A DNA stretch of 64,000 nt from Candidatus Brennerbacteria bacterium (GTDB lineage: Bacteria > Patescibacteriota > Minisyncoccia > UBA6257 > GWB1-50-10): assembly GCA_043799565.1 (NCBI GenBank), contig JAZDNP010000013.1, forward strand, positions 5,847 through 69,846, read 5' to 3'. The notes under the pieces were generated by a model. That model searched no databases. It saw only the letters and a list, made by a program, of their open reading frames with translations, and was not told the DNA's origin. Below, piece after piece: positions 1-7,047 of the stretch (position 1 is the stretch's first letter; each line of letters begins with the position of its first letter). A program made the translations under genes and the position numbers.

Positions 1-111
1 GTGGTCCAAGGGCTTCTCTCAGACGTCGCACCCACAATCCTGGAACTTATGGACATCCCCACCCCACATGAAATGACCGGCACCAGCCTTCTCTCGTACT
101 TTAGGGGTTGA
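1..111 (+). CDS. gpmI: C-terminal fragment of 2,3-bisphosphoglycerate-independent phosphoglycerate mutase (cut by the window start)
   Basis: Frame 1 reads ...LSDVAPTILELMDIPTPHEMTGTSLL... to TGA at 109-111, matching the iPGM C-terminal consensus. Confidence 0.55.
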   Translation: MVQGLLSDVAPTILELMDIPTPHEMTGTSLLSYFRG

Positions 112-133
112 AAGGCATATACTGGAAAAGAAT

Positions 134-496
134 ATGAGATTAGTGGGACGCATTATTTTCTCCGTTGTTTCCAACATGATCGCCCTCTTCGCGGCGGGCG
201 CGTTCATTCCCGAGTTTGCGATCACAAATGAATTCCTACCGCTCGCGGGAGCCGCCGTCATTCTCGCCGCGTTGAACCTCCTTCTTCGCCCCATACTTAA
301 ACTTTTCTTCGGGCCTCTTATGGTGCTCACGTTGGGTCTTTTCTCGGTCGTCGTAAATGGACTTCTTCTCTATGTTCTTGACATCGTGAGCGCTGCCGTT
401 ACCATTCAAGGGTACATGGCGCTCCTTGCGGGGGCGCTTGTCGTAAGTGTCGTGAATGTCGTGCTCCACATGAGCGCAAAACGTATCAGCGACTAA
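134..496 (+). CDS. DUF360/holin-family-4-like small membrane protein
   Basis: 120-aa ORF with about four hydrophobic helices (AGAFIPEF..., LPLAGAAVILAALNLLL...). Confidence 0.45.
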   Translation: MRLVGRIIFSVVSNMIALFAAGAFIPEFAITNEFLPLAGAAVILAALNLLLRPILKLFFGPLMVLTLGLFSVVVNGLLLYVLDIVSAAVTIQGYMALLAGALVVSVVNVVLHMSAKRISD

Positions 497-503
497 CTGC
501 CTT

Positions 504-716
504 ATGCAACCCATACTACAAATCATCACATCGGTTATCGTTATTGGCCTCGTGCTCATTCAGGAGCGTTCTTCCGGCATGTCGGGTATTTTTGGCGGCG
601 GCGGGAGCGGCACCCCTTATTACGCAAGGCGCGGGATGGAGAAGGGAATCTTTTATGGGACCATCGTTGCCGTCGTTCTCTTCGCGGGACTCGCGCTCAT
701 GAGCCTCCTCGCGTAG
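504..716 (+). CDS. secG: preprotein translocase subunit SecG
   Basis: 70 aa with an N-terminal TM helix followed by a Gly-rich GIFGGGGSG segment, then a second TM; typical SecG layout. Confidence 0.55.
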   Translation: MQPILQIITSVIVIGLVLIQERSSGMSGIFGGGGSGTPYYARRGMEKGIFYGTIVAVVLFAGLALMSLLA

Positions 717-735
717 GAGGCTTTGTGCGCACATT

Positions 736-2325
736 ATGAAACTCGTTCGAAGCATCATTGAAGCATGGGGAAGTACCGAGCGCTCTACAGCGCTCGTTTC
801 CGCATTAGTATTCGTAGGGAGCGCGCTCGCGCTCATCACCGTCACGGTTGCCGCTCATTCCACCTTCGTGCCCGTACAAGGAGGTACCTACCGGGAAGGC
901 ATTGTGGGCCAACCAAGCATTGTGAACCCCATTACCTCGGGAAATCCCGCCGATCAGGACCTCTCGGCGCTTCTCTTTGCTCCCATGAAAACGCTCCTCG
1001 CCGCGGCCGAGCAGAGCAAAGACGCCACTACCTACACGTTGAAGCTTTGGGAAAATCTTGTGTGGGAGGATGGGGAACCGCTTACGTCGGACGACCTGAT
1101 CTTCACTATCGGCGTAGCGCAGGAAGCCACAGCCGAATCTTCGTTTGCCGCCGCGCTCCGCGGCGTATCGGTGGAGCGGGTGAGTATGCTTCAAATAAAA
1201 CTCACCTTTCCCACTCCGAACATTTTTTTTAATGACTTCCTTCTCCGTCTCCCGGTGATTCCCGAACACATTTGGGGAAGGATTCCGATAAAGAACTTCC
1301 ATCTCTCCGAATACGCGCTCCAACCTGTGGGGAACGGTCCATATCGCGTCGCTTCATTCTCAAAGGCGAAGGACGGTTTTGTCGGCGAATACCACCTCGT
1401 CCCGAACGAGCGCTACCTCGGCGAAGCGCCTTTCATCACCGATCTCTATATCAAATTCTTTGAAAGTTCCGAAAAGCTTCTTGATGCGTTCCGCTTGAAG
1501 AGGATAAACGGATTCGGATTTCTCCCGCCGTTCCCCGAAGCGCATGAGGTGTTTGAAGGCGCCGGCATTGCGCGTGTTTCGCTCCCCCGATACTACGCGG
1601 TCTTCCTGAACGCCACCGCAAATGACCTGCTCGCCGACTCCAATTTCCGGCTTGCGCTTTCTCGCGCGGTAAACCGCGGCCGCATTGCGGATGAGGTGTT
1701 CCAAGGAGACGCGGAGAGCTATTTCCCTGGGATTACGGCGGAGGATGCGCGGAATATCTTCTCCACCGAGAGCGCCACAAGTGCTCTCGCAAGGGCAAAA
1801 ATCGACGCAGATGCATCGCTCACCCTCACCGTGCCTGACGTACCGTTCCTCGTAAAAGTGGCAGAGATGGTGGTTGCCGATTGGAGCGCCGTGGGCATTC
1901 CTTCGGTAACCATAAAGAAGGTGCCACTCGTCCGTTTCCGCGACGAAGTGCTTGCGCCCCGCGCGTACGAGATGGTACTTGCGCCCCATGCGCTCACCAA
2001 TCCGCAAGACCTCTATCCTTTCTGGCATTCCGTCTCCCGAGGCGCCACGGGAGAGAATTTTTCGCTCTATGCAAACCGCACCACCGACTCGCTCCTTGAG
2101 CGGATACGGAGCGAGGGAGACGCGGAAGCTCGGGCGAATCTCGCGGAACAGGTTGAGACGAACCTCGCGAAGGATCTCCCCGCCGTATTCCTCGTTTCAC
2201 TCCCCTACACGCACGTGCATACCAAAGACCTTGAGGGATTTCCACACGATACTCTCGTTGCACCCTCCGACCGCTTTTTGAATGTCGCTGAGTGGAGTGT
2301 GGCCCGTGTCCGGGTGATTGAGTAG
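736..2325 (+). CDS. extracellular solute-binding protein, ABC transporter family 5 (peptide/nickel type)
   Basis: 529 aa with an N-terminal TM/signal anchor and SBP_bac_5-like composition; the nested overlapping ORFs are GC-frame artefacts. Confidence 0.5.
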   Translation: MKLVRSIIEAWGSTERSTALVSALVFVGSALALITVTVAAHSTFVPVQGGTYREGIVGQPSIVNPITSGNPADQDLSALLFAPMKTLLAAAEQSKDATTYTLKLWENLVWEDGEPLTSDDLIFTIGVAQEATAESSFAAALRGVSVERVSMLQIKLTFPTPNIFFNDFLLRLPVIPEHIWGRIPIKNFHLSEYALQPVGNGPYRVASFSKAKDGFVGEYHLVPNERYLGEAPFITDLYIKFFESSEKLLDAFRLKRINGFGFLPPFPEAHEVFEGAGIARVSLPRYYAVFLNATANDLLADSNFRLALSRAVNRGRIADEVFQGDAESYFPGITAEDARNIFSTESATSALARAKIDADASLTLTVPDVPFLVKVAEMVVADWSAVGIPSVTIKKVPLVRFRDEVLAPRAYEMVLAPHALTNPQDLYPFWHSVSRGATGENFSLYANRTTDSLLERIRSEGDAEARANLAEQVETNLAKDLPAVFLVSLPYTHVHTKDLEGFPHDTLVAPSDRFLNVAEWSVARVRVIE

Positions 2326-2333
2326 CGCCTCTT

Positions 2334-2362
2334 GACTTTTAAAAAGCGTTCTGCTATCATTC
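2334..2362 (+). promoter_or_regulatory. sigma70-like promoter (TTGACT-17-TATCAT)
   Basis: Near-consensus -35 and -10 hexamers with a 17-nt spacer, about 260 nt upstream of tRNA-Leu and the RNase J gene. Confidence 0.35.
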
Positions 2363-2618
2363 TTTTAACGTTTCCTTACTCCTAATTTGTTCATCAAGTA
2401 ATCGATAGGGATCCACAAGTAAGCCCGCACACGAACCTGCGTCTTGTATTCGTACGAATTGATATTGTTAGTGTTCTCGTGTTGTTGGCTTTCTTGTGGA
2501 ATAAATGAGTGATTTGGAGACGTGGCGGAATGGTCCCGATTCGTTCCACGCAAAGCGCGACCACGAATCGAGGATCCACGACTCACGACGTAAGTCGGGG
2601 TCGGGACAGATTAAAAAC

Positions 2619-2702
2619 GGGCAGGTGGCGGAATTGGCAGACGCACAGGCTTCAGGAGCCTGCGGGAGCAATCTCATGAGGGTTCAAGTCCCTCCCTGCC
2701 CA
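2619..2702 (+). tRNA. tRNA-Leu (anticodon CAG), long variable arm
   Basis: Cloverleaf: acceptor GGGCAGG/CCTGCCC, anticodon stem CAGGC/GCCTG with loop TTCAGGA (U33, anticodon CAG), long variable arm, T-arm GAGGG-TTCAAGT-CCCTC, discriminator A; CCA not encoded. Confidence 0.75.
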
Positions 2703-2748
2703 CAGTAGGAAAACAAAAAGTCGAAATATAAGCAAAAACACAGTAAAT

Positions 2749-4626
2749 ATGATGGTAAGTAAAAGTACGGAAGGAAGTCACGGTACCCACCGCGCACCGG
2801 CACATGGGTCTCCTCGCGGAATGGGAGGGGCACGCCTGCCCGCCGATAGGCGCGGTTCGCCGCGCCGTGAGGGCCCCCGGACGCGTGGATTCCACGAAGC
2901 CGCCCGTCCCGCACGGAAAATAACGCACCGCCCTGTTATCACCAATCGCGCGCCTTCGTCGCCCGATGCGGTGCGTTTTGTCGCACTAGGAGGATTGGAG
3001 GAGATCGGAAGGAACATGATGTTCTTTGAGTACAAGGACGAGATCGTGGTCATTGACATGGGGCTCCAGTTCCCCGAGATAGAAACGCCGGGCATTGATT
3101 ACATTATCCCGAACGTCACGTACCTTGAGGAGAAAAAAAAGAATATTAAGGCGGTCATCATCACGCACGGTCACTACGACCACATAGGCGCGATACCTTA
3201 TCTTTTGGAAAAGCTCGGAAACCCTCCGATGTACGCCACGATCCTTACGCGTGAGATTGTGATGAAGCGTCAGGATGATTTCCCGAACTCGCCGAAACCG
3301 AACTTCGTGCTCATTAAGGGCGGCGAAGAGCACAAACTCGGGAACTATTTCTCCGCACGATTTTTTGATGTGGTCCACAACATCCCCGAAGGTATCGGCA
3401 TCATCCTCAAAACGCCTGTGGGGAATGTGCTTCACCCCGGCGAATTTAAGTTTGACTACGACACCGACGGAAAACCAAAAGGTTTGGACACATGGAAGTG
3501 GGCGTGCGAACAGGGCATCCACACCATGATGCTCGATTCCACCGGAGCGGAAACTCCCGGCTACGCGCTCTCGGAGCGCATCGTGGAGGCGGAGCTGGAG
3601 AAGCTATTCAAGACCGCGCCGGGCCGCATCATCGTCGGCACCTTCGCTTCGCTCCTGGACCGCTTGGGCGAAATCGTGAAAATCGCAGAAAAGCTCGGGC
3701 GCAAAGTGGCGCTTTCGGGTTATTCCATGAAATCCAACGTGCAGATCGCTCAGCGGCTCGGCTACTTCAAATTCAACAAGGAAACGATTATTCCGCTTGA
3801 AGAAATAGGGAAATATAAGGACCACGAGATTTTAGTGCTTTCCACGGGCGCGCAGGGTGAACCGAACGCGTCTTTGATGCGTGTCGCGAACGGCGAGCAC
3901 AAACAAATCCGCATCAAGCCGACCGACACGATAGTGCTCTCCTCTTCGGTGGTGCCGGGGAACGAAAAAAGCGTGCAGAACCTGAAAGACAACCTCGCAC
4001 GCTTGGGGGCGACCATCTACCACCACAAAATGTTGGACATCCACTCTTCGGGTCACGCACCGCAGGAAGAGTTGAAAACGGTGATGGGCCTCGTAAAACC
4101 AAAATACTTCCTCCCCATCCACGGGTATTACTTCATGCGGTGGCGGAACGCGAAGCTCGCGCAGGAAGTGATAGGGTTGAAACCCACGGACACGGTGGTG
4201 GCCGACAACGGCCTCGTCGTTGAGATATCGAAAACCGGCATTCGCCTCACCGGCGAAGAGGTGCCTTCGTACTATGTGATGGTGGACGGGCTCGGCGTCG
4301 GCGACGTCGGTGAAGTGGTGCTCCGCGACCGCATTACGCTCGCGCAAGAAGGCATGCTCGTTATCATCATCACGCTCTCTAAGCGCGATGGGCGGATACT
4401 CAAAAACCCCGACATCATCTCACGCGGCTTCATCTACCTTAAAGAGCAACAGGGCCTTTTGGAGGAGATTCGGAAGCACATCCGCGGCATTATCGGACGC
4501 ATTCCCCACTACCAATCGGTGGATGGTGAGTATGTAAAAACGCTCGTCCGCGACCAGATAGGCCAGTTCTTGTTCACCAAGACCAAGCGTAGACCAATGA
4601 TTCTGCCTGTGGTCATAGAGATATAG
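2749..4626 (+). CDS. rnj: ribonuclease J (beta-CASP metallo-beta-lactamase RNase); start uncertain, alternative GTG at 2971
   Basis: HGHYDH motif, beta-CASP and C-terminal domain; the conserved core begins VRFVALGGLEEIGRNMM at 2971. The upstream 74 codons are a GC-rich Arg/Pro/Gly-rich extension. Confidence 0.8.
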   Translation: MMVSKSTEGSHGTHRAPAHGSPRGMGGARLPADRRGSPRREGPRTRGFHEAARPARKITHRPVITNRAPSSPDAVRFVALGGLEEIGRNMMFFEYKDEIVVIDMGLQFPEIETPGIDYIIPNVTYLEEKKKNIKAVIITHGHYDHIGAIPYLLEKLGNPPMYATILTREIVMKRQDDFPNSPKPNFVLIKGGEEHKLGNYFSARFFDVVHNIPEGIGIILKTPVGNVLHPGEFKFDYDTDGKPKGLDTWKWACEQGIHTMMLDSTGAETPGYALSERIVEAELEKLFKTAPGRIIVGTFASLLDRLGEIVKIAEKLGRKVALSGYSMKSNVQIAQRLGYFKFNKETIIPLEEIGKYKDHEILVLSTGAQGEPNASLMRVANGEHKQIRIKPTDTIVLSSSVVPGNEKSVQNLKDNLARLGATIYHHKMLDIHSSGHAPQEELKTVMGLVKPKYFLPIHGYYFMRWRNAKLAQEVIGLKPTDTVVADNGLVVEISKTGIRLTGEEVPSYYVMVDGLGVGDVGEVVLRDRITLAQEGMLVIIITLSKRDGRILKNPDIISRGFIYLKEQQGLLEEIRKHIRGIIGRIPHYQSVDGEYVKTLVRDQIGQFLFTKTKRRPMILPVVIEI

Positions 4627-4635
4627 CCCTCAAAA

Positions 4636-4658
4636 CCCCTCATTTTATGAGGGGTTTT
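4636..4658 (+). terminator. intrinsic terminator after rnj
   Basis: CCCCTCA-TTTTA-TGAGGGG hairpin followed by TTTT. Confidence 0.55.
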
Positions 4659-4664
4659 GGTCTA

Positions 4665-4692
4665 TTGACTTATTTTGTGCATATGGTATACT
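4665..4692 (+). promoter_or_regulatory. strong sigma70-like promoter (TTGACT-16-TATACT)
   Basis: Consensus-like hexamers; drives the ~285-nt untranslated region that ends at the 4945-4983 terminator. Confidence 0.5.
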
Positions 4693-4698
4693 GCAACT

Positions 4699-4983
4699 AG
4701 TAAATTGCTGAGCCAAGACTGTTAGTCCGCCTCCTATCAGCGGAGAGCGCGAAGACACCCGCAGGGAACGAAAATTCCTAATAAGCCGGGCTCCTCATCT
4801 AACCGTCGGATAGAGAACGTTCGGTCCGAACGCAATGGCAATTCTAGACGTTGAGTGGAGCGACAAGTTTTTCAAAGCTCACCGCCTAGGACTCGTCAGA
4901 AACAGACGTCGGCACCGAAGTGTTCTGATGCCTATCATGGAAATGGCCTAGGGAAATCGCTTCCCTAGGCCACTTTGTTTTTA
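4699..4983 (+). ncRNA. unclassified structured RNA of ~285 nt (candidate housekeeping sRNA or leader; family not assignable by eye)
   Basis: No ORF of 60 aa or more. Bounded by a near-consensus promoter and an 11-bp GC-rich terminator hairpin (GGCCTAGGGAA...TTCCCTAGGCC + T-run) with several internal hairpins (CGTTC-GGTCC-GAACG, CTCC-TATCAGC-GGAG). trpS downstream appears to have its own -10 immediately before its ATG. Confidence 0.3.
4945..4983 (+). terminator. intrinsic terminator (11-bp stem, T-run)
   Basis: GGCCTAGGGAA-ATCGC-TTCCCTAGGCC followed by ACTTTGTTTTT. Confidence 0.6.
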
Positions 4984-5020
4984 GTTTTCCGAGGAGGCGA
5001 CTCTGCTCTATACTAACCAT

Positions 5021-6067
5021 ATGAAACCAATCCTAATCTCCGGCATCCAGCCCTCGGGTAAACTCCACCTCGGAAATTACCTTGGGGCATTGAAGCACTT
5101 CGTGGAGCTTCAGAATTCCGGCAAATACCGATGCTTCTTTTTCATCGCGGATCTCCATTCGCTGACCGGAGAATACGCGCCAAAAGAAAAAACGGCACAG
5201 ATTGCGGACCTTATGCGCTCGTACCTCGCCGCAGGCCTCTCTCCAGTTAAGTCCACGCTCTTTCTTCAATCATCCATTCCGGCGCACAGTGAGCTTGCGT
5301 GGATTTTGAATACCATCACGCCAATGGGCGAGCTTCGGCGAATGACACAGTTTAAGGATAAAGCTTCTGATATGGCAAAATCTAAATCAGGAAAAGTGTA
5401 TGAGATTAGTGTTCACGAAAATGCGATGGACCACTGGAAATCATTAATAGATCCGAACGTTGGTCTTTTTAATTACCCCGTCCTCATGGCCGCGGACGTA
5501 CTCCTCTACGACGCGGGTGCGGTGCCGGTGGGCGATGACCAAGACCAACACTTGGAGCTTACACGCACGCTCGCACGGAAATTCAATTCCCGATTTGGCA
5601 AAACCTTTATTGAGCCGAAATCGCTCCACACGGCGGTACCTCGCCTCATGAGCTTGGACGACCCCACAAAAAAGATGTCCAAGTCCCGTCCTGCCGGATG
5701 CCTCTTTATGGACGATTTACCTTTGGTTATACGCGAGAAGCTTGCACATGCGACCACCGATTCGGGACACGAAGTGAAGTATGATGAGAAAAATAAGCCT
5801 GGCATATCCAACCTCCTCACGATTTATTCAGCGCTCACCGACGAGGCGCTACAGTTAACTGTAGCGCGCTATAAGGACAAGGGATACGCGGATTTCAAGC
5901 GCGCCGTGGCGGACGTTGTGGTAAAAGCACTTGCGCCCTACCAAGCTGCAAAGAAAAAACTCTCCTCCCCCACCGCAAAAGCCGCGTTTGCAAAAGGTAA
6001 TAAGGCCGCGATGGTTATCGCGGAAAATAAAATGGTCGAAGTTAAAAAGAAAATTGGGCTAATCTAA
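5021..6067 (+). CDS. trpS: tryptophanyl-tRNA synthetase
   Basis: The class Ic motif QPSGKLHLGNY and KMSKS are both present; 348 aa. TATACT lies 6 nt upstream of the ATG, which makes a leaderless transcript possible. Confidence 0.9.
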   Translation: MKPILISGIQPSGKLHLGNYLGALKHFVELQNSGKYRCFFFIADLHSLTGEYAPKEKTAQIADLMRSYLAAGLSPVKSTLFLQSSIPAHSELAWILNTITPMGELRRMTQFKDKASDMAKSKSGKVYEISVHENAMDHWKSLIDPNVGLFNYPVLMAADVLLYDAGAVPVGDDQDQHLELTRTLARKFNSRFGKTFIEPKSLHTAVPRLMSLDDPTKKMSKSRPAGCLFMDDLPLVIREKLAHATTDSGHEVKYDEKNKPGISNLLTIYSALTDEALQLTVARYKDKGYADFKRAVADVVVKALAPYQAAKKKLSSPTAKAAFAKGNKAAMVIAENKMVEVKKKIGLI

Positions 6068-6068
6068 A

Positions 6069-6308
6069 ATGGAAACTACGAATACAATGGAGATTTCGCC
6101 GAAACTCCGCCTCGCGGCTGCGCTTTTCTGCGGCTTCTTCGGTTTCCTCGGCATCCACCGCTTCTACGTGGGAAAAACCGGCACGGGAATCCTTATGATA
6201 TTGACCGCGGGCGGCTTTGGTATTTGGATCGCCATCGACTTCATCTTCATCGTCCTCGGCCAATTCCGCGACAAAGAGGGCCGCTTGGTTAAGCGTTGGA
6301 TGGACTAG
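6069..6308 (+). CDS. TM2 domain-containing small membrane protein
   Basis: 79 aa with two TM helices and a FLGIHRFYVGKTGTGIL motif typical of the TM2 domain. Confidence 0.55.
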   Translation: METTNTMEISPKLRLAAALFCGFFGFLGIHRFYVGKTGTGILMILTAGGFGIWIAIDFIFIVLGQFRDKEGRLVKRWMD

Positions 6309-7029
6309 ACGGAACGTTTGAACCCGTCAAAAACCACCGAAGCGTATCTGTTGGTACCTCACCTTCCTCGTCGGCGAGGTGTTCTTTTTCTGCGCTCCTC
6401 GTCGCGAGAAATTCGTTGAGCGCGTTCCGTTCTCCTTCCGGAAGGTGCGCGATTTCATCCTCGTCCGCGAGAAGAAATCCTTTGAAAAAGAGCCAGCGTG
6501 GGCTGTGTTCGGCGTTCGGGTCGTTCGGAAGATCGGCAAGCGTAAAATCGGATGAGCTCTTGTCGGTCTCTTGGATATACGCATCAAGCGTTGCGTCTTC
6601 AATACCGTATTCACTCATGTTATCGAATACGTTTTTCAGAAGTTCGTGATGCGCGGTGCGTCCTTCTCCATAGAAAGCCTCGTGAAGACCGGACTCGGGG
6701 TTTGTTTTCTTACGGTCAATAAAAATGACGAAGGCGCGGAATGCCCGCTGTTTCCCTTCGCGCTCGGGCGCAAGATAGCGATGTGCTTCGTCGTCAGGTA
6801 CGCCAAAACTCATACACACATCCTCGCGTGCTTCTTCATACCGCTCGGTCTCGCCACTCGTGTCCATGCGGTGCTCTTTATGGAGCTCGACGTGGAGCGT
6901 CTGCGAAACCTTCGGGATTTCCGCCTCCACAATATGACTGTTCACAATGCGAAGGATGCGGAGTTGCCGCTTCTTTTCCTCCCCTTCTTCCTCTGCAGGC
7001 GCCTTAAATATTTCAAACCTTTTTCCCAT
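6289..7029 (-). CDS. hypothetical acidic protein (no recognisable domain)
   Basis: 246-aa ORF 19 nt downstream of ileS on the same strand. The overlapping 279-aa plus-strand ORF is antisense to ileS and is judged spurious. Confidence 0.4.
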   Translation of the reverse strand: MGKRFEIFKAPAEEEGEEKKRQLRILRIVNSHIVEAEIPKVSQTLHVELHKEHRMDTSGETERYEEAREDVCMSFGVPDDEAHRYLAPEREGKQRAFRAFVIFIDRKKTNPESGLHEAFYGEGRTAHHELLKNVFDNMSEYGIEDATLDAYIQETDKSSSDFTLADLPNDPNAEHSPRWLFFKGFLLADEDEIAHLPEGERNALNEFLATRSAEKEHLADEEGEVPTDTLRWFLTGSNVPSSPSNA

Positions 7030-7047
7030 ATGTTCCGACAGTACCCC

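Noticed and set aside
765-2028. Nested ORFs (155, 172 and 222 aa) inside the solute-binding-protein gene
   Set aside because: Alternative frames of a larger coherent 529-aa ORF; Arg/His-rich junk translations.
2510-2600. tRNA-like fragment GGAGACGTGGCGGAATGGTCCCGATTCG... upstream of tRNA-Leu
   Set aside because: No complementary 3' acceptor strand (CGTCTCC) and no T-arm within tRNA distance; only a D-loop-like resemblance.
4699-4983. Assignment of the trpS-upstream RNA to RNase P RNA (minus strand) or to a canonical T-box
   Set aside because: The partial matches (AGCCCGGCUUA-like and AAGCCGGGCUCC-like strings) do not form a complementary P4 helix. The T-box AGGGUGGNACCGCG box is absent, and trpS lacks an SD after the terminator. 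The family is left open rather than forced.
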